Of a stretch of DNA of 64,000 nt, positions 13,148 through 26,700 are shown piece after piece; position 1 is the first letter of the stretch; each line of letters begins with the position of its first letter. This DNA is from Raillietiella orientalis (taxonomy: Eukaryota). The notes beneath the pieces were generated by a model. The model saw nothing but the letters and a program-made list of their open reading frames with translations. It ran no database searches and was not told where the DNA came from. Position numbers and translations under genes: made by a program. The DNA is taken from the NCBI GenBank assembly GCA_036172245.1, contig JAYWIR010000018.1:310001-374000 (forward strand). The letters are read 5' to 3'.

Positions 13148-16133
13148 ATGGAAGAAACTAGGATAATCTATCATATTGACGAGGAAACAACTCCATATCT
13201 TGTGAAGCTTCCTATTGCACCCGAAAAAGTAACCTTAGGAGATTTCAAAAATGTCTTAAATAGACCGAACTTCAAGTTCTTTTTCAAATCCATGGATGAT
13301 GACTTTGGGTAATGATGAGCACCATTTTTTTCCTTGTGATGTGATTTCCCTATTCTTTAAAAGTTTTTAGTCAGTAAGATGCTTGGCCTTGTGAGGCAAT
13401 TTATAATTTTTCGACATGTTTAGTGAAGTATGCAAATAAATGGTTAAGGGGTTTTCCTGATTTGATTATAAGAAATAACTGTTCAAGTGTTTTGAATAAT
13501 CAGTCAGTTGTTGCCGTATTTTTTGTAAGGATTATGGTGAGAGCTATGGTTTTTTCAAGAATCATATTTCTCATAACAGATTATACAATATCTTCAATTC
13601 AAGTACTGCATTTGTAGATATTGTTTGGTAAAAGATGTCAGTTTATTCTAGTCGATATTGCTGCATCCTGTGTTTGTGTTTGCTTGTGATTGGTAATTTT
13701 TGCATCTCGTATTTGCCTTTCAATTGTTTTACTAGATTTAGTAATGCAGTCAGATCCATTGAAGTATGTGTGTGTGTGTATGTATATGTTGTACATGTTT
13801 CGATGCCGATATGTTACCAATGTAGCAAAGATAATGTGGAAGTTGGTACCAAACATGGTTATCACCCTGGCTTTATTGCGCCTTTGAGCTAAGCATTTGT
13901 GTTTTTGCAACATACGTTCATGTTCTGTTACATTGTACTCATTAAATGTTTTTTTTCAACAGAGTGGTGAAAGAAGAAATAGTAGAAGATTCTGCACATC
14001 TTCCTTGTTTTAACGGCAGGGTGGTATCCTGGGTTAGTAGTTTATATATATATAAATATATTTTTAACTTATTATTTTGATTGTCTTGAAAGTTGGTTCC
14101 TGTGGATTCTGGAAATATGTCAGAGACGCATTCTCAATCAGTGGATGGTGTTCCAAGTTCAGCAGGGAAAGCTCATGATCATTTGGCAGGTGGCCCCTTA
14201 ATGGAAAACAGAATTCCATTTCGGTATATATGAGATTCTTGTTTCTTTCCAACCATGTGATTTCAGTCCCAATCCTCCCCTAAGAACACATGGAGTCATC
14301 ATTGAAGGAGAAGTAATGGGAGACTGTAGAGGAAAAGGTACTTTCTGTTAGAGATTGGCATTCAGAACTGCTCTCGCATAGGAGTTGCTGGTCATCGTCC
14401 AAGAATCAATGATGGCTCTTCCATGATGAGTTCTGATTTGGAAGCTACTTCCTTCTTTGATTCTGATGAAGATGCATCCAGCCGTATTACAACAGCAACT
14501 GGTATTATTGAAACTGGTCCTTATACTTGGTTTTAACAGGACCATGGTTGTAGAGCACAGCAGCATCTCCCGAATTGTTGCTTCTCGTAATCGCAGGCAG
14601 AGGCGCAGAAGGCATCGGATGATGCCTGCTTCATGCACTTCCTCCATCTCCAGTGTTACAGATTCAACCATGTCTCTGAACATCATCACAGTGACTCTCA
14701 ATATGGACACTGTGAACTTTTTGGGAATTTCCATTGTGGGGCAAAATAATAAGGGCATGGATGGAGGAATTTACGTTGGCTCAATAATGAAAGGGTAAGC
14801 TGATATTGAAAGATAAGTGTACTATAGATTGTAGGGGTGCTGTGGCATTAGATGGACGCATTGAACCTGGAGACATGATTCTCCAGGTTAATGAAATCAA
14901 TTTTGAAAACATGTCCAATGATGAGGCAGTCAAAGTTCTGAGAGAAGTTGTCCAGAAGCCAGGGTGATTTGGTTCTTTTCAGAATGTAGCTTGCTATGCA
15001 TTGTTTTTGTTCAGTCCCATAAAATTGGTTGTTGCCAAGTGCTGGGATCCAAATCCTAAGGGTTACTTTACAATTCCCCGTGTGGAACCAGTTCGCCCTA
15101 TTGATCCTGGATTGTGGGTGGCCCACACATCTGCTGCAGCACGTGGGGAGTACCCTGGCCGACCTCCTTCTGTCAGTACCCTCACTTCAACCAGCTCATC
15201 CATTGCCAGTAGTTTGCCTGAAGCTGATCGTGAGTAAACGTATCAAGAAGTTTTTTTTTTTAATAAATGGCAATGTAGAGGACATGAGGCTCACTATTCA
15301 TAGTGATATGGCCACTGTGGTACGAGTCATGACCCGACCAGATTCAGGGCTGGAAGTGCGTGACCGCAACTGGCTCAAGATAACCATTGCCAACGCTTTC
15401 ATTGGTTTGCTTTATTTTGCAACTGAAGAGCAAGTGAACTAAGAATGGATGATTAGGTGCTGATGTAGTCGATTGGCTGCATACCCACGTGGAGGGACTT
15501 GAGGACAGGAGAGATGCCCGCAAATATGCTTCCAGCATGCTCAAGGCAGGCTTTATTCGGCATACTGTGAATAAGATCACCTTCTCAGAGCAGTGCTATT
15601 ATATTTTTGGCGACCTTACTTCTCGTAAGGAGTTGAGAAAAAAAAGTACAGCATGCATGTTAATTCATTAATCTTCAGGAATGAAGAGCATGAGACTGCA
15701 GGAAGAGGGCTCTATGGGAGAACCCGATAAATTCTCTCAGTTACCTTTGAATGCTAATTCGGCATGGCCAGCAAACCATATGTCTTATGATGGTGCATAT
15801 GGACCTCATGCACATGGATACATGCCAATGCCTATGGCTTACAGCAATGATGTTGCCAGTTATGGTTTTAAGGAAGGCAGTGGATCTGGAAGCAGTCCTG
15901 GTTCCCATCTAGAGTGGCTAGATAAGAACATCTCTCCTAGAGGATCAGGCAGTGACACAGAATCTCGACAAGGTGCAAGTAGTGGCAGTGATCATAGCAT
16001 GTCCACTGTAGCATCACAAATGAGGCTGGGAGCTTGTCATCATGAAACACCCTCTAGGGATGCCACAGGTAGTCAGCAGTCCCTTCGAATGGCCATGGGC
16101 AACCCATGCGAGTTTTTTGTGGATGTCATGTGA
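13148..16133 (+). CDS. dsh: Dishevelled (DIX-PDZ-DEP), multi-exon
   Basis: Exon 1 (13148-13308) [32 protein letters not shown]; exon 2 from 13963 [17 protein letters not shown] (DIX); [40 protein letters not shown] (PDZ); [32 protein letters not shown] (DEP); C-terminus [14 protein letters not shown]. Canonical GT-AG introns, e.g. 14795-14834 (40 nt). Confidence 0.97.
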
Positions 16134-16321
16134 GCTGTGGTACTTTTTTGGAATGAAAGGACAGACCCCCTGTGTAACTACTGTCTAGTCATTTAGAACT
16201 GTTACTCCTGATGTTCATGCCCAGAATCCTTCAATCTTTGTGTGCCTATGTATTATGGTAGTTTGATTTGAGCATTTGAAGACGCAGTGGTAAATCGTAT
16301 CTTCAACTGATATGTGACAGC

Positions 16322-16327
16322 AATAAA
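16322..16327 (+). terminator. Putative poly(A) signal of Dishevelled
   Basis: AATAAA about 190 nt after the dsh stop, followed by a T-rich tract. Confidence 0.55.
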
Positions 16328-16407
16328 GTTTCTTTTTTTCATTTTGAACTGTATTTTCACATCCATATCACAAGTGGGCATGACTTGTCCATAATAATAT
16401 TGTATCA

Positions 16408-17085
16408 TTAATATCTGTTGATTCCAAATAGTCGCACTTCATGAAACTGGGGCAATTTGGGAAGCAAAACTGTTACCAAGCTTATGAAGTTAACATAAAA
16501 ATGATACGTATCGTACTGGGTGTAAAAGCTTGTGATGACAAACCTAGTGAAAATACAAAGACTCTTCTTAAAAAGTAGAAAAACTTACAGTGAAATTGGA
16601 ATGATTGTTAAGATCTTTCTAGTTGACGTAAGTTGCTTTCCATAATCAATTTGTTCCCATTGTGTAAGTGCACGGTTCTTTCCCTGATCACTGGTTTCCC
16701 ATGGGACTCCCTTTACAAGATGCAAGAACACAAGCATGGCCTAAAGGGATTACAAGTTGCAAATTAATCAAGTGTACTTTTTAATGACGAACCCTAATAT
16801 GTTTGGATTTGGTTTACAGTAACGACTAGTGATACGTTATACATTAATTTCAAATTTCAAAATCTGTTTTTATGATTGCACCACTCAAGGTTAATCTTAG
16901 TATTCATGGCTCACCAAATTATGAATAATATTTGTTAATGTCCAGGCTATGGCGACGGAAAAAAACGGTATACTTAACAGAAGAAAATGTAAAGCAAGCA
17001 CGCCGATTAAGTAACTGAGCCAAAGACCTTTACTTTTCAACCATGTGGTATTTGGGTTCAGATCTTCATGTCCTCCGGGGAGCAT
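16408..17085 (-). CDS. ORMDL: ORM1-like protein (ORMDL), negative regulator of serine palmitoyltransferase
   Basis: Exons 17085-16915 ([35 protein letters not shown]), 16740-16589 ([29 protein letters not shown]) and 16543-16408 (..[17 protein letters not shown]). Junctions are in phase with GT-AG boundaries. Confidence 0.96.
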
Positions 17086-17711
17086 TTTTACATACTTCTC
17101 AACACTGTGTTATTTCTGCATCTGACTCCTCGCAAACACAGGCAGGCAACCTACGGATACGACGCAAACACGATCCCATTGCTACGCGTCCAATCAAGGA
17201 GCACACACCAACGTATTTTCGAAAATCCCCCGTGGATACACGGGCATCGTCTTCGGGGGGATCAGCTGCACTTTCGAAACGATCCGCCGTGGAAGATGGG
17301 AGTCGCCTGCAATTCTTCCACCCCCCCCCCCCCCACCATCCCCCCTCCCCTCCCCCGACCCCCGAGAATGGGACCACGAGCTTGCACGCCAGTTCCACGA
17401 CACACAAAATGGAATCCCCCCGTCGCTGCCAAATCGCGTGCAACCGGGAAATTCGTCAAAGGAGGTTGAACACCCGGAGGCTCTCTCACTTGGGTGGGCA
17501 GGTGGACGTGATCACGAAGGACGGGAAACGGCCCGTGCAGGTGGGGGGTGCCCGCGTGGCAGCAGCACTGTTCCCCCTGCACTGGGGTGGCTGGCCGAAG
17601 TGGCAACAATGCGACCACCGTCCATTTCGAATTGCGCGCAGACAGAGGTGATGACCACGGGCAGCCTTGGCTTGCGGTAGCCCCCGAAAGGGCCTCCACG
17701 CCTTTTTCGAT
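17086..17711. promoter_or_regulatory. Probable bidirectional promoter region between ORMDL (-) and DLEC1 (+)
   Basis: Divergent start codons are 626 nt apart; CpG-rich with C-tracts. Inferred from gene geometry only. Confidence 0.5.
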
Positions 17712-20700
17712 ATGTCGGATTCTTTTCTTCATCGGCCACCACTGATTCTGGCGAACGAGGAAGCATCCCAAGATGTAACCGCTGTTCTTCAGCAGCTTCT
17801 ACGTGGCGTGTACGCCCCCACGCTCTTATCTTCCAGGATTACTCGCCCACACTACACTTCTGCTTCTCCGGCATCTCGAAGCCGCTTCGAAGGGCCATAT
17901 CAGGTGAAAAAAAAGTCAAAAAGAGAAAAATGGTAGATTCGGAATGATGAATTCGCTCGTTTGCTGTTTGCGGGAATGCAGAAAGCTTTCCATCTCTGTT
18001 CGCTCGGGGGCTTCTGTTCTGCGTGCTGTCCGCATTCCCCACCACGTTTCAGGAAGTGCGCGTGCAGGGAAAGCGTGATGCGTGCTGGTACGAGGGATGA
18101 CGCGTGTCACCTTTTCGTCGACAAGTTCCATGGTGAAAAGGCCGCGTTACTACGAAACAAAGACTAAGGCGCTCCTCTCCACGCATTTCCGCCAAAGATC
18201 GCCTTTCCATCAACATTCCTGCCGAGGAATTGCGACTTGCTCGACTTTCCGAGTTGAAGCGGCTGCGCCAAAAACACGCGTTCCCACGTGTCGAACAGCG
18301 GAACGAGCACGTTTTCGTTTCTGCTTGTCTTTCTTCCGATTCGGAGATGCTTCCTTCTTCACGCTCCTCTCTTTTTCGAGAGCGAAACGCTCCGGTTTTT
18401 CAGCTCTCTTGGAAAGAAGGCGGCGAATTCGAGTCCAAAGTGTCCAGGGGTCCCACTCTTCCGTTGGCAACTCCTAGCCCGGACTGCTGCTAGGCATTTC
18501 TTGGCGTCTTGCTGCTTTCTGACCTGAGGGAACGGATGGCTGTCCGTCTTGCTGGCAAACACAGCCGCGAGCGCTGAGCCCCGTCTGTGTCTTACCGTAT
18601 TTCCCCGAGGCTGGGAGTCCTCCGCGTCCACCTGGGAGCAATCTATCCGTTGCTCCCACGTACCCGAGTCCCTTCGTCCTCCCAACCCTTAACTTCTGAG
18701 CGGTCCCATTCCCCGCCACCTAAGTTGAGATGGTAGCTGCTCAGTCCTTGCTGCCTCCGGGACAAAGAGCAAAGTCTCACGAGGCTTGACCCCCACACTG
18801 GTCTTCTACCCGCTAGGCTTCCTCATTCACCTTTCCCTCCCTTCCTTTAGGAAGTGAGATCCGTCGAAAGCTGTGGGAAATTTCTCCTCTGGCGGCCCTT
18901 GTAGGCAGAGGAGGGGGTAAGGACCAGGAGGGGGAAGGAAGGGACTTTCCCGAAGAGCGGATCTCCTGGACATCTGGCTCTCCTTCGTCCAGAAGGTCCT
19001 CCCTTGTCGGAGTGACGGCTGCTGATAAGGGAGATCCTTTTTGGGGGGACATCTTCCTCGATGCCGAGAGGTCATCTCCAGGACTTTCCCTGCTTGTCTG
19101 CGGGCTGTGGGGCGGGCAGACTCCCGCCACTCGGGGGAGCTGAACGATCCGCTCTCTTGCAGGTGCGCGACACGTGGGAGAGGCGCCAGCGCGAAGTCAG
19201 CACTCTGGAGGAAGCTGCTCTGAGGCTGCACGCGTCCCGGATGGAGGCCCTCAGGTCGGGAAGAGTTCCCGAAGACCTACAGACGACGAGAGAGACGAGC
19301 CAAGAGGCAAGTGCGGCGCGTAGTGGGACGGGAGGCGGTCGTTGTGGGCGCGCGTCCGCGGAAGATTTTCTTCCTGAAACGGCGGTGCCACCAGCCAAGG
19401 GGAAGGGAGGAGGGGGAGGGGAAGGAAGAGTCCTCCTTGACAACCGAGTGGCCGAACTCCTCAGGGGGGGAGCGTCGTCGCTCAGGGAGAGGAAGGGAGA
19501 GGAAGTGGAACTCCTCGGGATCACCCTCTTATCCCCTTGCAGTCATCTCCGTTCGGACCGGCTGAAGGGCTGTTGCTGGATGCCAGCAAGCTGCGTGACC
19601 AGGCGACGCAGGTGCTAGAGAGGAATGGGCGGCGGTGGCAGCTGTCCGTCAAGGCTCGTAGGTTCTGGAAGGGACGGCTCCGCCTTTCGCCCATCCTGGA
19701 AGGACGAAGGGTCGGGGTCCGGAGGGGCGGGGTCAGCACTGTCGATCCCTCCGCGCCCTTTCGCCAAAGATCGGCCCCTCCCAGTCCCGCACCACGTGTA
19801 CAGGAAGGACGGATGGGGGCCGGCGGCGCACCCGAGTCGCGAGCGCCTCGGGCGCGAGACCTGGAGGCGAGACGAGGCTTCCGACCCCTCCTGGTGCCCT
19901 TTTCACCAAAACCCAGGCGGAGAGGGACGGGAGGGCGGTCCCCCGCCCCTCAAAAGAGGAGGAGGAGGAAGGGGCGGGGAAAGGAGAGAAGCTCCACTTC
20001 TCGTGTTGCAGCAGCAGCAGCAGCCGAGCGGTGCGAGGGCAGCGGACAGCTCGAGGCCGTAGAGTCCCTAGAAGAGGACGGGCAGCGGACTGCCCCAGGC
20101 AGGCGGGCGGCTGCTGGCAGCGACGACAGGTGCGGACCGCTCCCCCTGAAACCTTGAGTCGAGAGAGGATAGATGTCGACTGCTTTCCCTTCACCCCACG
20201 CGTGGCTGGCGGAGGCGCCGGTGGGGATTCAAAGAGGAGAGCAGGGAAGGGAAGGACACGGCGCCTCCCTGGAAGGGAGCGAGCGGTGGGTCAGGTTCTG
20301 GACGGGCTCGAAGCTTTTTCCCCTGCCGCGGCGCTGAACGGAACACCTCCCACGCCTCCGCACTCGGTTGCGAGGCCCCTTGAACGCGCCGAGCCCCCTA
20401 CGCGTGCGGTCCCTGGCGAGAGTGTGCGGGTTTCGGACACTGTGGAACATTCTGAAAGCCACAGGGGGAGACCGCGCAGCACAGGCAGTGCCTGTCGGCC
20501 GTAGGGGGAGCAGTGGGGCCGGATGCTCCCCTTCGATGTTCCGGAAGGCACGTGGCGCAACCACCTGCGCGCGTGTCAGAGTGTCGGGCGACAGCAAGGA
20601 CGCTAGGCCACGCGACCCTTTTCCACCCGACACGCACGCGCATACACTTCGCGGTGCACCGGCCTCACTTTCGTTCCCTCCCGAAGCGTCCCCCTCCGGA

Positions 20701-23700
20701 CCGCGGGTGGCGTCCCCGCTGAGCAGGGTGAGGAGGAGGCCCCTCCCTGCCCGTTCCGGGCGGAGCCACAGGAGCTGGTCTTCAGGGATTACAAGCCGGG
20801 ACAGGTTCTGCAGGTACCGGGACTTCTTGACTCCGCCTGCACGCTGGACCTGCTCCCTTTCCTTTCCCAGAAGCGACTGACACTGAGGAACGCGAACGGG
20901 CGCACGCGGAGGATAAAAGTGGGAGGCCCCCACACGCGGGCGTTTGCGCTGGTAGCCGAGGGCGGCGGCGCCATCGCAGGAATCGACAGGCAGTGCCGTC
21001 TTGCTCCCGGATTGAGTGCCTCTTTCCTCGTGATCTTCTCCCCCGACCACCAGGGCGACCACTGGGACTGCCTGGAAGTGTCGATGGCCAAAGGCAGCGC
21101 CCCCCCCTCGTTGCGGGTGCCGCTGCGAGCACTGAAGAGCGTTCCCCGCCTCACGCGTGAGTAGGGGAGGGGGGGGGGCGGATGCGGAGAGGGGCAGCTC
21201 CGAGCCAAGGCTCGGTTCTGCTCGGAGCTGTTCCCTGATGACTTCTCGGTTTCCTCAGTGCCCCGCTGCATCGACATGCAGCACTGCCTGCTGGGCAGCC
21301 GCAGGACCGCCACGGTCACCTTTCGCAACCAAGGTGAGACCGCAGGATTCACCCTTCTGTTTCTCGGGCAACCGAGCGCGGCGGAGGCGGAGGTAAGGGT
21401 GGTCGAGGGGAAGCGCGGCAGCATCCAAGACCCCCCTCGAGTCAAGGAGAGGCAGGGAAGGCGATCCCTACCTCGCCGTCTAGAGGCGAGCCTCCCCCTC
21501 TCCCTCCTCCTCCTCCCCCTGCCTTTCCCTGCCCTGCGATTTCCCGACCGGAAGGTCGCTCCCCGGGGGTCCCAAGAGGGCAGTCAGGAGCGCCTGCGGG
21601 GAAGCGCTCGGGAGCCACCCGAGACCCTTGCCAGAGCCACCCGCCTGACTCTCTGATCAGTCCACTCCGAAGCTTCAAGCCGGACGTTTCTGCCTGTGCC
21701 CGAGGTCGTTCGAATTGGCCGCGGGAGCCGAGGGCGAGCTGACTGTGGAATTCGACCCGGGGGAATCCCTCGAGGAGGACCACTTCGCAGAGGTGCTGGT
21801 ACTGTGCAGCAACCGCTGCACCGACCGGATGCTACTCAAGGCCAGGGTCGTCCGTGACATCAGGGACGTGCTGCGCGTGGGCGTGGATCAGGTAGGGGCA
21901 GCGGCAATTGGAGGCGAAAGGGTGGCAGCGGGAGCGGCAGGGGCGAGCAGCTTTTCTCCCTCCGGAACAGGTGCACGCCCTGCCCGGGACCCCTCCTTCC
22001 TTCCTTCTTTGCCCGCTTGGTCGTCATGCCTCCTCCCTCCCCCCCACCCTCCCGGCAAGCGCTCTGGCAGGGAGGCGCTCAAGGGATGCTGCGGTGGGAG
22101 GCTGGCAGAGGCAGGGAAAGTTCAGCGTCCCTCCCTCCCGTTCTTCCAGGCGGAGGAGAGCAGATGGGGCGCCGACGGGGATCTCCTAGGAGTAGAACAC
22201 CTGCTGGATCTCGGTGACGTCATCTCCGGTGTGCCGAGGACGGTTGATCTGATCCTGGAGAATTCAAGGCAGGTGGAGATGGGCGACGGGAAGCGGAGGA
22301 AGGGAAGGGAAGGCAGTAAGTGAGTGCTCGGCGGTAGAGGGGGATGAGATCGACGACGACGACGACGACGACGACGAGGAGGAGGAGGAGGAGGAGGAGG
22401 AAGAGGGAGGGGATCAGGAACTCTCCACCCCCACCCCTCCTGACGTCGATCCCTTGCAGCTCCCTCGACTTCCCTTGCTGCTGGGTGCTGCGCGCCTTCG
22501 TCCCAGCGGAAGGCGCCGCGCTGCCGAGGGCTACTCCTGTAGGACGCAGCCTTCCCGAGGTCACCGTGGAGGGCCTGGAGGATACGCAGCTCATCAAGGC
22601 ATTCTGCAGGCATCGGGTTCATCTCAGGCTCTCCTGGGCATCCCCCGGGAGCGCGCGCGCCGTCCTGGCTCTGGTGCTCGTCGACGTGCCCGCGGCAGCC
22701 TGTGGTGTGTCGAGGGCGCTCACCCCACGGGATCCGTTCCGGGAGGGCCGCCGGACTGCCGCTATCCCCCTGCCCCCTCCGGCGGCTCCTGTGGTGGTCG
22801 AGAAAAAGCGCGCGGGCGAGAAGGGCAGGAGGAGGAAGTCTGGACCCCGAGCTCGTAGGGACCGGCTCGGTAGGAAGAAAGAGGAGGAGGAGGACTCTGG
22901 AGTGCCCACCCTGCGGCGGCCGTCGATGGGGGAGGAGGAGGATGCGCCGAATCTCCCACCGCTGTTAGCGGACGTCTTCCCACTCGTCGCCAACGTCGTC
23001 GCCTACGAGTGCGTCCTCCGGTGGCGCGCCGCGCCGCTCCCGGTGTTCCTGCTGCCCGCCCGGCTGGACGCCGTGCCCGCCCCCGTGCAGGTGCGCAGCT
23101 TAGCGCCCTGCGAGCTCCCCTTTCGGTGGGACTGCGATCTCCCGGCCGCCCTCGACGTCAACCCCCGGGAAGGGACTCTCCGGGCGGGCGACGCCGCCTG
23201 GTTCTGGGTGCGGCTCTCCGACGACCCGCCGCTTCCCGCTGGTGGAGTCCACCGGTTTTCCCTGAAACTCTTCGTCGGAGCCGCGGAACTCCCACTGGAG
23301 CTGCAGGTCAGCTTCGCGGTCCCCGAAGGTCCGGTGGTCTCCGTCGATCCTCCGGCCCTCTCCTTCGGGATCGTGACGAAGGGCCTGCGGAGCAGCAGGG
23401 TTGCTGTTCTGACCAACGTCGACGACCGACTCACCCGCTGGCACGCGCGCCCGTCGGGGCATTTCCCCACGGATTCGTCAGCTGGAGGGAATCTGAAAGG
23501 GTGCCCCTTTCTGGTGGAACCCAGCGAGGGCGCCCTGGCTCCCGGAAAGGCTACGCGACTGACGGTGGCCTTCCTCGCACGGGTGAGTGACTGAATGCCT
23601 GCGGGGGTCGCCAATTGGCGTTCGTTCCAGGAAAGCGGGCCCGCGTCCGGGGCCATAGAGTTTTACGTGGAGGGCCGCGGGGAGCGTCCCGAGGAGTCCC

Positions 23701-26700
23701 TCCGGATCGGGGGCATCTCGAGGTCACCCACGGTGTCCCTGCTGGACGGCAAACTAGCGTTTCCCGCCCTCTACGTGGGCGAGAGGGAGTCCCGGATCGT
23801 CTTCCTGCGCAACGAGCTGCCCCTGGATGCCCCTTTCCTGTGGGAGCGGCCCGTCTTTCCTGAGGAGGAACTATCAAAAGCCCTCAAGATTCGCGTGAGC
23901 CCCGAGGAAGGAGTTGTAGTCGCCGGGCGCACGCAGAGCGTCGATGTGGAGGTGGAGGCAAGCGGCCAGGTTAGAGGGCGCGGACCCGAGGAAGGAGTTG
24001 GGGAGAACCTCTCCCGGCTCCTCTTCACCCCACCTCCTGCTTCAGTTGGAACATCTCGGGAGCTTTCTCTCCAGGTGGGCGACACTGTGGACGTGGTCCT
24101 GCCCTGCCGGGTGGACGGGAGACAGCGCCGCCTACTCCTTCACGTGATGGTCCAGGTCGCCAACCCCAACGTCAGCCTTCACCAGGTGGAGGACGGAGGG
24201 ACACCGTTAGTGCGGGGAGCGCTCGTTCCTGGAGCCGGCACGCCCCTTTTCGCCAATCGTCTTCCACGCTTTCTCTTCTCCAGGGACGGCTTCTGCAGTC
24301 TTCCGCGCCTGAGGGCCGGGGACGCAGAGGACCGCAGTCGCGGAGGTCGAGCGTCGCCATCCCATCCGTCCCCACGGGAGGTCTCTCTGCCCCCGATCTC
24401 TGACCTCTCCGCCTCTCTTGACCAGGAGGAGGAGGAAGAGAAGGATGGAGAGGACCACAACAGCCTGCAGGTGCAGGTGGATGACTGGGACGTCGGCGAC
24501 CTGCGTTGTTTCGACGGCCAGGTGGACTCTCTGGACTTCGGGAGAATTGACACCGGAAACGGTGAGATCCGGTAGAACGGCGGGGAGAGCGGAGCGAGGA
24601 AGAAGGGAGGGAGGATCTGGGCAATCGGGGATTCTACTCTCGCTCTTCCGGTATGAACTTTGGGGAAGGTGAGGGTCTATAGGGAGAGATGAATCGCGAC
24701 TCACGCCTCTGGCCGGTCTGCCACCGTTCCGACGCTCAGCTTCTCGTCCTTTCCTCCCCTCCACCCCCCTACTTCTCCTGTTCCTTCTCCAGTGCGCCAG
24801 CGGTCCTTCCTTCTCTGCAACGACTCCCCGACTCGGCTGCGCTTCCGAACGTCTATCCCTGGGATGCCCGCCGTTTCCCCTGGAGACGAAGGTCTGGAGG
24901 GGACCATGCGCGGTGAGCGAGACCTGAGAGCGAAGGGGAGCCGGGTCTCCCTGGACGCGTCGGTGCAAACCGTCCTCCTCGCCACCTCCCTTGCAGGTTT
25001 CCTGCCCGAGGGTCGCCTGGGCATCTGCCTGACGTGTACGCCCCCCGAGGGCGACCTCCCACCCTGCTCCCGCATCAGGGTCGACGTGCTCCTGCTGGCC
25101 GATACCTGGGGCGATTACGCCTACCGCGTAGACGTCCACGTGAGTGAACGCGGGGGAGAAGGGAAGACGACGGGTTGCCACCTCCACTGCTGCTGCCGAA
25201 GGTCTCCCACCTGGAGCAGCCCATTTCTGTGCCCGTGTACGCCGAGGTCGAGGGACTCCCCGTGCGACTGGCAACTTTTGACCACCTCCAAGAAGGAGGA
25301 AGGAGTGCCCACAGACTGAGGTCAGAAGGGACAGGCGTCCTTGCGAGAGAGCTTTCCTCCTGCGACGCCAGGTGGGAGACCTGCGCCTACGGGAGCAGAC
25401 CTCAGCGCCGCTCCCTGCTCTTCCGGAATCCGGGATGCTGCCCCGTCCAGCTGAACCTGGAGACCTACCTTCGAAGGGACCGAGCCCCCGAAGGAGGTCC
25501 TGGAGCGCCCTTTCGACTGGAGATCGTCTGCTTGGCCTCTGACTTCCCACTGGAGGTCCCGGCCGCGCTCCCAGAAGAGAAGGTGCGCGGGCGCGGAGAG
25601 AGGATGGGTTTAGAGGAGGGACGGAGGAGCCGGAAATCAGCCGGTGGAGATTTTTCCTAGAGAGGATCGTGTCATTTCCAGGAACCTCCTCCCGGGGGTG
25701 AATCCTCCTGGGAGAGCATCGCCCTGCGTGTCGCCCCTGACTACGGTCCGCCCGGACAAGGAGTCTTTCAGGTGAGGAGAGTCTGCGGGAAAGACCGAAA
25801 GGAGGGAGGACGGACGGGAAGGGACGCATGTGTTCTCCTCCTTCCGCGTTCCACAGCCCCCTTCCATCCCGACCTCCATTCCCTTTGCCAGGTGACGCCG
25901 CAGGTGATCGCCGTGGACGCCTACGGGAAGGCCAAGGTCAACCTCGATTTCCTGCCCCCGGACAGCGAGGAGGGCAACCCCTACGCCTCCCGTATTATCT
26001 CCGGGACTCTCGTCGCCTACGCGACTCTGCTGAACCCTAGCCAAAGGTGTCCCTCTTTCTCGCGACCGGTTGGGTTGGCTGGCTGGCGGGAGGGGACGGG
26101 GCTAGGAGCTGGGTGCAGGCAATGGTTTGCGGGGGCATTGCGTTGTCACGTAGTCTTCCATTTCATGGGACGAAGGCAGGGCGAGAGGTTTCACCGACCC
26201 GATGGCTACCGCCTGTCGCCCTACGAGGTGACCCTGGACGCCCCGGTTGAATACGCGGAGGTGACCGTCCTGGGTAACGGCTGGGAACACCCCTATGAGT
26301 TTGGGGCCACGGAGGTCCTGCAGAGCGGTGAGCGGGGCAGTAAGGCTGGAGGTTGCGTGCGGGCGCGCGGCACCCGTCCAAGGCACCGCCCTCCCACGGA
26401 GGCGAGGTTTTTGCGCTCCGGGGCCGGAGACCAGAGAACATTTTCTGATGGTCCTTGTCCTTTCAGGATCTCTGGAGGAAGAGCGTCCCCTGAGGCTGTT
26501 CAATGCCGGGGCTGCCGAGGTCAGCGTCCTCCTAGAAGCCGACGAGTTCTTCTCCCTCAGCAAGGGCAGCGCCCTCCTCCGACCCCAGAACTGCGTCCAG
26601 GTGAGGCACCTTCCCGCCAGCACGCCCGCCCATCACCGCCGCCCCTTTGCAGGTGCTGCTGCGCTGCCGAGTGGGCGCAGGAGACATCCGAGAGGCTGCG

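Noticed and set aside
13309..13465. ATGATGA ... CTGA pair in dsh intron 1 as a C/D snoRNA
   Set aside because: The C-box overlaps the splice donor and no terminal stem or guide sequence is evident.
24207..25829. 540-aa minus-strand ORF
   Set aside because: Antisense shadow of GC-rich DLEC1 exons and introns, with no recognisable domain.
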